Shown one piece after another: positions 54,201 through 64,000 of a stretch of DNA of 64,000 bases. Origin of the DNA: Tubulanus polymorphus (lineage: Eukaryota > Animalia > Nemertea); NCBI RefSeq assembly GCF_964204645.1, contig NC_134031.1, positions 19,351,910 through 19,415,909 on the forward strand, given 5' to 3'. The notes beneath the pieces are model-generated. The model made no database searches and was not told where the DNA came from. It worked only from the letters and a program-made list of their open reading frames with translations. A program made the translations under genes and the position numbers. The first letter of the stretch is position 1. Each line of letters starts with the position of its first letter.

Positions 54201-54791
54201 AGGTATGGTCTTGTATATACATATATGTGTACAATTTGTAGGTACGAAAATGCGAAAAGCTGTAAAAAAGAAGAAAAAAGAAACAGGTATACTTTTCACA
54301 GATTTGAATTTAGTTATTACATCTGTATCGGTTATTTTTGACAATTACATTGACTTTTCTAGGCGGAAAGATGGAGTTACCGAAAAAGGAAAGAACTAGT
54401 AAACAAGAAAAAGATATAGGTAATTTGAAAATAACGACATGAAAGCTGTAACACGTCTCATTTTAGCGCTTTAACATATCAATAATGTATTATTTTTCAG
54501 CGCCATTTTACATGAAGAGAAAGATCGACGAGAATAAAGCGATGCCAAGGCTGCCCTACGGATCTTAAATCGAGACTGGTTGTGGCTTCATATGGAAATT
54601 ATCAATTCTTTGATAAAAAATCTGCCAGCAAGAGGGATTCCTGGAGAGTTGGTTATTTCCACCCTAACGCCACTTGTATTTTGAGAAAATACCCTGAATT
54701 TGATGGAAATATCTTTATGCCATCAGATGTTGTTATATCTGATGAAGAATGTATTGAAATTTTGCAAAAGGGCTTAAAACCAACGTACTAA
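42296..54791 (+). CDS. Ginger/GIN-like transposase: H2C2 + DD35E integrase, acidic repeat linker, Ulp1 (C48) protease, PHD finger, C-terminal Zn-finger-like module; ~34 exons, ~1060-1130 aa
   Basis: Exon 1 42296-42416 (YLLNGQYP...LRKKAKHF). Exons 47108-47298 and 47520-47594 give H..GGH..YFWP..CESC. Exon 48159-48389 has VGVDL and SDQGREF. Exon 48844-48950 has YHPQTNGLDER (35 residues between D and E). Exons 49030-49755 have SPFYVMYGR and AQTRQKINYD..LKVGDKV. Ten 60-nt repeat exons follow. Ulp1 spans 51756-52898 (QLNDE, GGHWTL, YLNSLG, QLDSSSCGVFVL). PHD spans 52982-53273 (CCLC..WIGCDRCFRWFHLAC..FFCKYC). NLS-like PPKRRK and KKKKK follow. All junctions keep frame until the last exon, which has a frame ambiguity near 54520. 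Confidence 0.85.
42480..42970. repeat. Decayed tandem repeat of ~175-180 bp, about 3 copies, in intron 1
   Basis: AATCATTT(G)AA..(T/C)TGAAGCG recurs at ~42570 and ~42751, with a weaker copy at ~42925. CTAAAATTGTTGGGAAAA recurs at ~42625 and ~42797. Confidence 0.5.
43059..43292 (+). repeat. Diverged ~230-bp direct repeat, copy 1 (left of the intronic satellite)
   Basis: GCATAGCAACGTGCTTGAACAGGTGT...GTGGCAGTACCCA...CGAGGCGACGCA.CACAACAGTTGTTTAAC...TGATAAATCAAACAG recurs at 45853-46060. Confidence 0.85.
43600..45730 (+). repeat. 171-bp satellite array, ~12 copies, in transposase intron 1
   Basis: Period measured from TTCTGATTAA at 44101 and 44272. Twelve GGGGAT(G/C)C landmarks lie between ~43795 and ~45665. 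Edges are degenerate. Confidence 0.95.
45853..46060 (+). repeat. Diverged direct repeat, copy 2 (right of the intronic satellite)
   Basis: Homologous to 43059-43292 and followed by highly decayed satellite-like monomers (~46080-46320). Confidence 0.85.
47666..48056 (-). mobile_element. 5'-truncated non-LTR retrotransposon 3' end nested in transposase intron 3
   Basis: The minus strand translates RWDNTERGESTCHMYIRIGDEFHYLFNCTYSNDSRELYL, a decayed C-terminal Cys/His knuckle of LINE ORF2, with an in-frame stop downstream. It ends in AATAAA plus an (AAAGT)n tail. Confidence 0.7.
49840..51515 (+). repeat. 162-bp tandem repeat = 60-nt exon + 102-nt intron, 10 copies plus a diverged 48-nt precursor exon
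   Basis: Each unit is ttctag|ATGGTTTAATTGATGACACTGAAGTCCAGGCTGGTG(AC/CC)GA(C/T)ATCGTGGACAACAACGCTG|gtgtgt. Exon starts: 49987, 50149, 50311, 50473, 50635, 50797, 50960, 51122, 51284, 51447. Encodes DGLIDDTEVQAG(D/A)DIVDNNA. Confidence 0.92.
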
Positions 54792-54949
54792 TGCTTCGTC
54801 ATTTTACAAAATGTATCTTCGTAAGAATCCAAAGATTATCATAGTTGATTTTTTTATTTTGCAGTTATGAATTCTAATAATTAGTTGTGATATCATTTTG
54901 AGCTATACTATCGTCAGGTCAGGTAGTTTGACAGTAAAAAATGTCCTTT

Positions 54950-57900
54950 ATGTTTTGATATCATTTTATCTGTCATTCTATAATGCGATACCTCTAAAAC
55001 TGTCAGCTGGTACAGTATAACATCCCTTTAAAGTCATGAGTAATGGTTAATCAGAATGTATTTTATTCAAAATATCATGTTTTATTTTGGATTTTGAAGT
55101 TATTAATTGCCCTGGTTGTTTTAATATCAATCTATTAGGGGGTAGCTCTAATACTGTCAGATGGTACGGTATTACATGCATCCCCTCCTTTTAAGTCATA
55201 AGTAATGGTTAATCAGAATGTATCTTATTCAAAATATCAGTAATATCATGTTTTATTATAGATTTTGAAGTTATTAATTGCAATAGTTGTTTTAATATCA
55301 ATCTGTTAGGGGGTAGCTCTAATACTGTCAGATGGTACGGTATTACATGCATCCCCTCCTTTAAAGAAATGGTTAATCAGAATGTATCTTATTCAAAATA
55401 TCATTAATATCATGTTTTATTATAGATTTTGAAGTTATTAATTGCAATAGTTGTTTTAATATCAATCTGTTAGGGGGTAGCTCTAATACTGTCAGATGGT
55501 ACGGTATTACATGCATCCCCTCCTTTTAAGTAATGGTTAATCAGAATGTATCTTATTCAAAATATCATTAATATCATGTTTTATTATAGATTTTGAAGTA
55601 ATTAATTGCAATAGTTGTTTTAATATCAATCTGTTAGGGGGTAGCTCTAATACTGTCAGATGGTACGGTATTACATGCATCCCCTCCTTTTAAGTCATAA
55701 GTAATGGTTAATCAGAATGTATCTTATTCAAAATATCATTAATATCATGTTTTATTATAGATTTTGAAGTTATTAATTGCAATAGTTGTTTTAATATCAA
55801 TCTGTTAGGGGGTAGCTCTAATACTGTCAGATGGTACGGTATTACATGCATCCCCTCCTTTTAAGTCATAAGTAATGGTTAATCACAATGTATCTTATTC
55901 AAAATATCATTAATATCATGTTTTATTTTGGATTATGAAGTTATTAATTGCCCTGGTTGTTTCAATATCAATCTATTAGGGGGTAGCTATAATACTGTCA
56001 GATGGTACGGTATTACATGCATCCCCTCCTTTTAAGTCATAAGTAATGGTTAATCAGAATGTATCTTATTCAAAATATCATTAATATCATGTTTTATTAT
56101 AGATTTTGAAGTTATTAATTGCAATAGTTGTTTTAATATCAATCTGTTAGGGGGTAGCTCTAATACGGTCAGCTGATACGGTATTACATGCATCCCCTCC
56201 TTTAAAGTAATGGTTAATCAGAATGTATCTTATTCAAAATATCATTAATATCATGTTTTATTATAGATTTTGAAGTTATTAATTGCAATAGTTGTTTTAA
56301 TATCAATCTGTTAGGGGGTAGCTCTAATACTGTCAGATGGTACGGTATTACATGCATCCCCTCCTTTTAAGTCATAAGTAATGGTTAATCAGAATGTATC
56401 TTATTCAAAATATCATTAATATCATGTTTTATTATAGATTTTGAAGTTATTAATTGCAATAGTTGTTTTAATATCAATCTGTTAGGGGGTAGCTCTAATA
56501 CTGTCAGATGGTACGGTATTACATGCATCCCCTCCTTTTAAGTCATAAGTAATGGTTAATCAGAATGTATCTTATTCAAAATATCATTAATATCATGTTT
56601 TATTATAGATTTTGAAGTTATTAATTGCAATAGTTGTTTTAATATCAATCTGTTAGGGGGTAGCTCTAATACTGTCAGATGGTACGGTATTACATGCATC
56701 CCCTCCTTTTAAGTCATAAGTAATGGTTAATCAGAATGTATCTTATTCAAAATATCATTAATATCATGTTTTATTATAGATTTTGAAGTTATTAATTGCC
56801 CTGGTTGTTTTAATATCAATCTATTAGGGGGTAGCTATAATACTGTCAGATGGTACGGTATTACATGCATCCCCTCCTTTTAAGTCATAAGTAATGGTTA
56901 ATCAGAATGTATCTTATTCAAAATATCATTAATATCATGTTTTATTATAGATTTTGAAGTTATTAATTGCAATAGTTGTTTTAATATCAATCTGTTAGGG
57001 GGTAGCTCTAATACGGTCAGCTGATACGGTATTACATGCATCCCCTCCTTTAAAGTAATGGTTAATCAGAATGTATCTTATTCAAAATATCATTAATATC
57101 ATGTTTTATTATAGATTTTGAAGTTATTAATTGCAATAGTTGTTTTGATATCAATCTGTTAGGGGGTAGCTCTAATACTGTCAGATGGTACGGTATTACA
57201 TGCATCCCCTCCTTTTAAGTCATAAGTAATGGTTAATCAGAATGTATCTTATTCAAAATATCATTAATATCATGTTTTATTATAGATTTTGAAGTTATTA
57301 ATTGCAATAGTTGTTTTAATATCAATCTGTTAGGGGGTAGCTCTAATACTGTCAGATGGTACGGTATTACATGCATCCCCTCCTTTTAAGTCATAAGTAA
57401 TGGTTAATCAGAATGTATCTTATTCAAAATATCATTAATATCATGTTTTATTATAGATTTTGAAGTTATTAATTGCAATAGTTGTTTTAATATCAATCTG
57501 TTAGGGGGTAGCTATAATACTGTCAGCTGGTACGGTATTACATGCATCCCCTCCTTTTAAGTCATAAGTAATGGTTAATCAGAATGTATCTTATTCAAAA
57601 TATCATTAATATCATGTTTTATTATAGATTTTGAAGTTATTAATTGCAATAGTTGTTTTAATATCAATCTGTTAGGGGGTAGCTCTAATACTGTCAGATG
57701 GTACGGTATTACATGCATCCCCTCCTTTTAAGTCATAAGTAATGGTTAATCAGAATGTATCTTATTCAAAATATCATTAATATCATGTTTTATTATAGAT
57801 TTTGAAGTTAATAATTGCAATAGTTGTTTTAATATCAATCTGTTAGGGGGTAGCTCTAATACTGTCAGATGGTACGGTATTACATGCATCCCCTCCTTTT

Positions 57901-60675
57901 AAGTCATAAGTAATGGTTAATCAGAATGTATCTTATTCAAAATATCAGTAATATCATGTTTTATTATAGATTTTGAAGTTATTAATTGCAATAGTTGTTT
58001 TAATATCAATCTGTTAGGGGGTAGCTCTAATACTGTCAGATGGTACGGTATTACATGCATCCCCTCCTTTTAAGTAATGGTTAATCAGAATGTATCTTAT
58101 TCAAAATATCATTAATATCATGTTTTATTATAGATTTTGAAGTAATTAATTGCAATAGTTGTTTTAATATCAATCTGTTAGGGGGTAGCTCTAATACTGT
58201 CAGATGGTACGGTATTACATGCATCCCCTCCTTTTAAGTCATAAGTAATGGTTAATCAGAATGTATCTTATTCAAAATATCATTAATATCATGTTTTATT
58301 ATAGATTTTGAAGTTATTAATTGCAATAGTTGTTTTAATATCAATCTGTTAGGGGGTAGCTCTAATACTGTCAGATGGTACGGTATTACATGCATCCCCT
58401 CCTTTTAAGTCATAAGTAATGGTTAATCAGAATGTATCTTATTCAAAATATCATTAATATCATGTTTTATTATAGATTTTGAAGTTATTAATTGCAATAG
58501 TTGTTTTAATATCAATCTGTTAGGGGGTAGCTCTAATACTGTCAGATGGTACGGTATTACATGCATCCCCTCCTTTTAAGTCATAAGTAATGGTTAATCA
58601 CAATGTATCTTATTCAAAATATCATTAATATCATGTTTTATTTTGGATTATGAAGTTATTAATTGCCCTGGTTGTTTTAATATCAATCTATTAGGGGGTA
58701 GCTATAATACTGTCAGATGGTACGGTATTACATGCATCCCCTCCTTTTAAGTCATAAGTAATGGTTAATCAGAATGTATCTTATTCAAAATATCATTAAT
58801 ATCACGTTTTATTATAGATTTTGAAGTTATTAATTGCAATAGTTGTTTTAATATCAATCTGTTAGGGGGTAGCTCTAATACTGTCAGCTGGTACGGTATT
58901 ACATGCATCCCCTCCTTTAAAGTAATGGTTAATCAGAATGTATCTTATTCAAAATATCATTAATATCATGTTTTATTATAGATTTTGAAGTTATTAATTG
59001 CAATAGTTGTTTTAATATCAATCTGTTAGGGGGTAGCTCTAATACTGTCAGATGGTACGGTATTACATGCATCCCCTCCTTTTAAGTCATAAGTAATGGT
59101 TAATCAGAATGTATCTTATTCAAAATATCAGTAATATCATGTTTTATTATAGATTTTGAAGTTATTAATTGCAATAGTTGTTTTAATATCAATCTGTTAG
59201 GGGGTAGCTCTAATACTGTCAGATGGTACGGTATTACATGCATCCCCTCCTTTTAAGTAATGGTTAATCAGAATGTATCTTATTCAAAATATCATTAATA
59301 TCATGTTTTATTATAGATTTTGAAGTTATTAATTGCAATAGTTGTTTTAATATCAATCTGTTAGGGGGTAGCTCTAATACTGTCAGATGGTACGGTATTA
59401 CATGCATCCCCTCCTTTTAAGTCATAAGTAATGGTTAATCAGAATGTATCTTATTCAAAATATCATTAATATCATGTTTTATTATAGATTTTGAAGTTAT
59501 TAATTGCAATAGTTGTTTTAATATCAATCTGTTAGGGGGTAGCTCTAATACTGTCAGATGGTACGGTATTACATGCATCCCCTCCTTTTAAGTCATAAGT
59601 AATGGTTAATCAGAATGTATCTTATTCAAAATATCATTAATATCATGTTTTATTATAGATTTTGAAGTTATTAATTGCAATAGTTGTTTTAATATCAATC
59701 TGTTAGGGGGTAGCTCTAATACTGTCAGATGGTACGGTATTACATGCATCCCCTCCTTTTAAGTAATGGTTAATCAGAATGTATCTTATTCAAAATATCA
59801 TTAATATCATGTTTTATTATAGATTTTGAAGTTATTAATTGCAATAGTTGTTTTAATATCAATCTGTTAGGGGGTAGCTCTAATACTGTCAGATGGTACG
59901 GTATTACATGCATCCCCTCCTTTTAAGTCATAAGTAATGGTTAATCAGAATGTATCTTATTCAAAATATCATTAATATCATGTTTTATTATAGATTTTGA
60001 AGTTATTAATTGCAATAGTTGTTTTAATATCAATCTGTTAGGGGGTAGCTCTAATACTGTCAGATGGTACGGTATTACATGCATCCCCTCCTTTTAAGTC
60101 ATAAGTAATGGTTAATCAGAATGTATCTTATTCAAAATATCATTAATATCATGTTTTATTATAGATTTTGAAGTTATTAATTGCAATAGTTGTTTTAATA
60201 TCAATCTGTTAGGGGGTAGCTCTAATACTGTCAGATGGTACGGTATTACATGCATCCCCTCCTTTTAAGTCATAAGTAATGGTTAATCAGAATGTATCTT
60301 ATTCAAAATATCATTAATATCATGTTTTATTATAGATTTTGAAGTTATTAATTGCAATATAGTTGTTTTAATATCAATCTATTAGGGGGTAGCTCAAATA
60401 CTGTCAGCTGGTACGGTATTACATGCATCCCCTCCTTTTAAGTCATAAGTAATGGTTAATCAGAATGTATCTTATTCAAAATATCATTAATATCATGTTT
60501 TATTATAGATTTTGAAGTTATTAATTGCAATAGTTGTTTTAATATCAATCTGTTAGGGGGTAGCTCTAATACTGTCAGATGGTACGGTATTACATGCATC
60601 CCCTCCTTTTAAGTCATAAGTAATGGTTAATCAGAATGTATCTTATTCAAAATATCATTAATATCATGTTTTATA
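54950..60675 (-). repeat. 171-bp satellite array, ~33 copies, reverse orientation relative to 43600-45730
   Basis: The monomer is the reverse complement of the intronic satellite. It is a mix of 171-bp and 164-bp (7-nt deletion) units and is highly homogeneous. Confidence 0.96.
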
Positions 60676-60984
60676 GATACTAGTAGATACTATCATTTAT
60701 GTTATCATGTTTATATGCGTTATTCTTATGTTTTACTGGAAATGTAAATATCGTTAAATATTGAAAATAAAATATATTTTAGTATTTGAAAAAACGGAAT
60801 TGTCTGATTACTTTTTAAATTTACGGTTTTGATGCTTATAAAATGCAACTGCCGAAGCATTCATTACTGAATGCATTGTTACGTAGTATTTTTTTCATTG
60901 CGAGTGATTTTATTCAAAAACAAACAATAAATAATTGGTAATTGTTTGATGAATCAAAGCATCAATAAATTGAATTGAATTGGT

Positions 60985-61114
60985 ACAAAAGAAGGGGATG
61001 CCTCTAGTACGGGGATGGCTTTTACTCGTTTGCGGTAAACAAGCAGTGGAATCCCACGCGCATGCGCAATCAGGGGGTGCCTGTAATGAGTGGGATACCA
61101 CTTGTACTGTGACA
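60985..61114 (-). repeat. Right terminal/subterminal inverted repeat
   Basis: Ends CTTGTACTGTGACA|CCGG. The subterminal GGGGATGCCTCTAGTACGGGGATGG mirrors the left GCATCCCCGTACAACAGGCATCCC. Confidence 0.78.
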
Positions 61115-62139
61115 CCGGAAACAACCGATTTTTTTTCATCAAGACAAAGTCTGAATCTAGGTACGTGGATCTTTTAATAATTACTGACTGATTTATCAAT
61201 GACATGCATGAATTATGATATGTTTGTGTTCAACTAAATGATTGCTTCTTGTAAACCGATAATTTGTAAATATTCATTGATGACAACCCTACTTTTTTAG
61301 GAGGCAAAAAATTTAGGGCCAAACCAACAAAGCCAAAAAAGCCAAAGGCAAAAATCATGAACAATTTGTCAGCACTTTGTGCATAAAGCATTCCACTCTC
61401 CATGGCGTATGGTCAGAGTCGATTTAGAGGGCTACTTAATTAGCAGCAGCGGGTCCAGAAATAACAATAAAATTATTTATAAGGTTGCTAGGGTTAGAGG
61501 GTTTTGATATGGAAAGGGTCCAGAGACAGTGGGTTAGGATTAGACCCAGGTCCGAATACTGCGCTATTTTCTCTTACTTTCCTTGAATTTTTTGCATACC
61601 TACCTCATTGTGCATTAGCCAATCAGAACGAGATATTGCCAAAATAGAAGAATAATGCTTTGGCAAAATATCACCTGTCTACTTATTTACCGTTGGTTGG
61701 TGGTGCTTTTATAATGGTCTTATAGGCCTATGCCAATAGTGGTTTATGAAAATATCTAAATGGGACCTTGAACCCCAGATAGGTTACTGATTACTCTTAG
61801 ATTTCATGATGTCAGATTTTATGATGTCAATGATCAGGATCTGTTCCAAGGGTAATCTCAAGTGCGTAGAAATTTGATTTTGTAATATTCTCTCGAGTTT
61901 CCTGGGCTGAAGGTATCTGTTCTAAGTCTGAAGAGTTGTTTCAGTAATAGTTTATGGTACCGACGATACCCGGTGTAGTTGAACACGTGGTTTAGATAGC
62001 TAGAAGATGGAGTACATACCTGAGCATAGACATTCACAGGTGCGCTGTATAGAGTATGTATACTCTCTTAGTGAGGAGAGAGAGAGAGAGGGAGACGGAG
62101 TCAGCATTCCACTCATTCAACCTGTCTACTATACCACTG

Positions 62140-62545
62140 CAGGGACCCGTTCTACAGACAAGTATTAACTCAAACCTTGGAGTAATCGTCAAATGATTAC
62201 TCCAAGCTCAAACCAGGGTCCATTTTCACAAAAAGGATTAAGGCCTAAATCGATTTATTAAATGAATTTGATGAATTAAGATGAAATTGCATTAAGACAT
62301 TATTTAAATCGATTTCAAACCGTTTTGTGAAACCGGGCACTGTGAGTGATTCATGCGAGTCATGTGCTACTGAGTCTAGTTTCAGGGGAAAGGATTTGTT
62401 CATTCATTCATTGATTCGATTTGGGAGTTAATACTTTTGTGCATCTGGACCCGGTTCCACGGTTGTTGGGTGAGTTTGATATCATCGGAAGTAAACTAAT
62501 CTTAGCTCTTCCTCTCAAACTTTACCACGAACTGTGGAATAGGGC
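62140..62545. mobile_element. Cluster of about 3 short palindromic MITE-like elements upstream of the Ro60 exon
   Basis: Hairpin TTGGAGTAATC/GATTACTCCAA (62177-62205). GGGTCCATTTTCACAAAA...TTTTGTGAAACCGGGC (62216-62338). GACCCGGTTCCACGGTT...AACTGTGGAATAGGGC (62448-62544). Confidence 0.6.
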
Positions 62546-62695
62546 GGTTCCGGGCCGTTACTGTTTATCTGTTCGACTTAAGTTTGAACCGTTTTTTTTT
62601 CGATTTATTTTTCAGTTAAATCTTCATGAACGAATGAGTGGATAGATAAATTTATACGACGGAATTCGTGCGTATTTCTGCGGAGTTGAAACGAC

Positions 62696-63227
62696 ATGGC
62701 ATCCGAAAACAACGTCGTTGATACAAATACCGTCGACTTTCGTTTGATGCGAAAGTTTCTAATCGTCGGCGTCGAAGGCGGCACTTATTTCCCGGGTGAA
62801 AAAGCGTTCGTTCGCGAGCACGCGGCTTGTTTCGATCGGTTGATCGCTGACCGACGCGGCGAGGAGGTCGTCGCAGAAATCGTACGTTGCGCTCGCGAGG
62901 ACTCGGTCGTCGATCGTAAATCGTTGATATTCGCGTTGGCGTCGTGCGCTCGCAACGGCGTCGACCCGAAGACGAAATCTGCCGCGTATAAAGCGCTGCC
63001 GTTAATTTGTACGGACGCGAAGCAACTGTTCAGTTTTATCGATTATTGCGAAACGTTGAGCGGACCGACGAGCGGCTGGGGACGCGGACATCGTAACGCT
63101 ATCGGTAACTGGTATCATTCGTTCGCCGCTGAGGATTTAGCTCGAATCGTCACGAGGAATATCCAGTCAGGAGGATGGTCGCACGTCGACGTGCTGCGTT
63201 TGGCTCATGTTCATCCAAAAAATGATG
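62696..63227 (+). CDS. RO60: Ro60 / TROVE-domain RNA-binding protein, first coding exon (gene continues beyond the window)
   Basis: RLMRKFLIVGVEGGTYF, RLIADRRGEEVV.EI, LIFALA.C, TKSAAYKAL, GWGRGHRNAIGNWY and GWSHVDVLRLAHVHP match the Ro60 N-terminal TROVE region. Donor G|gtaag after 63227. May be a divergent paralog. Confidence 0.88.
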
Positions 63228-63808
63228 GTAAGAGCAATGTATATATAGTGGAACCTCGTTACAACGATATTTAGGGGACCAGAAAATCCATATACCGGTA
63301 TATATCCAGTGTGAAATTATTGAAATTGCTCCATTTTGGAGAAAATTTGAGGTTTTAAGTAACCAGTAAATGGTTATTGGCCTACACTAAGTTGTTATAA
63401 TGAGGTACCATTGGAGTTTGTAGCGAGTCTGACAAAATATGAAAAGTGCTTACCTTTAGAAAACTAGGATTGGCTCTGATTAGTACTTGATTGTCAGGTA
63501 AAATCCTGTAAGGGCTGAAAAGTACTTACTTTTTGAACTCAATGTTATCACAGGAAATTTCTATCGACAAATTCTAATGCAGTCTGTCGTCTTTATGTAC
63601 AAATTCAACTGGGCTAATTATTGTTTTAGAAAAAATTTCGGTTACTTGTCTTTGGCTTCAGGAAATGTGCAGACTTCTGACTTTAAAACCCATGGATACG
63701 TAACGTTGAACACCAAGACATAAATAATATGTTATGATGGGTACTATGGGAGCTTAGAGAAATTTGCAGTCAGCGTCTTTAAGATAGAAGTCACTTGTTT
63801 ATGTGAAA

Positions 63809-63990
63809 GGGTCAGTAGCCGAGTGGTTCAAGCCGTCAGTTTTTACTTGTTCGAAGGATCTTCTTTGGTCTCTCTTCCACAAAGGAGAAAAACCTTGAAC
63901 CTGCTTACCCCGAGTGGCTCAGTTGAGGGATGTACCATTGGCTGGTCATTAAATTTGTCGAAGATGTCTCGCCATTGAATTGAACGTTGA
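63809..63990 (+). mobile_element. tRNA-like SINE head in the Ro60 intron
   Basis: GGTCAGTAGCCGAGTGGTTCAAGCCG (A box) followed by GTTCGAA. No complete cloverleaf. Confidence 0.35.
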
Positions 63991-64000
63991 TTTATGAAGC

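Larger units (their letters stand above)
42082..61114 (+). mobile_element. Ginger1-type DNA transposon (~19 kb), Gypsy-like integrase with TIRs
   Basis: Left end TGCCACAGTACAACTAGCATCCC versus the reverse complement of the right end TGTCACAGTACAAGTGGTATCCC (19/23 identical), with similarity continuing to GCGCATGCG. The right end ACA is followed by CCGG, the known Ginger1 target. The element encloses one integrase-Ulp1-PHD gene, and no RT, RNase H, gag or LTRs were seen. Confidence 0.82.

Noticed and set aside
54950-60675. CRISPR-like reading of the long arrays
   Set aside because: The units are contiguous near-identical monomers with no unique spacers, no cas genes are present, and the context is eukaryotic.
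63809-63990. Y RNA or tRNA gene beside Ro60
   Set aside because: Only A-box/B-box-like fragments are present. There is no cloverleaf and no Y-RNA bulged-C stem, so a SINE remnant is more likely.

Overview
AT-rich, intron-dense eukaryotic DNA from an invertebrate animal; the species cannot be determined from the sequence. Four host genes were reconstructed by hand from GT-AG junctions. (1) A complement C3-like thioester protein (+, 4930-29086) with signal peptide, RTKR beta/alpha site, anaphylatoxin domain, GCGEQ, catalytic His and C345C. (2) An aromatic L-amino acid (DOPA) decarboxylase (+, 33125-39184). (3) V-ATPase subunit G (-, 40937-41836). (4) The first coding exon of a Ro60/TROVE-family gene (+, from 62696). 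Between the divergently oriented V-ATPase G and Ro60 genes lies the most unusual object: a ~19 kb Ginger1-type (Gypsy-integrase-like) DNA transposon, 42082-61114, with imperfect ~55-bp TIRs and a right end reading ...ACA|CCGG. Its single gene has about 34 exons and encodes H2C2 + DD35E integrase, an acidic linker built from ten tandem exon+intron units, a SIM-like motif, a Ulp1-type protease, a PHD finger and a terminal zinc-finger-like module. Nearly all of this coding sequence is enclosed by two oppositely oriented arrays of the same 171-bp satellite: ~12 copies in intron 1 and ~33 copies just after the stop codon. The two arrays share rare variant blocks. Also present are Penelope-type minimal hammerhead ribozyme motifs in an inverted pair, a tRNA-derived SINE, LINE 3' fragments, MITEs and a 34-bp minisatellite. 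Exon models are manual and lack transcript evidence.
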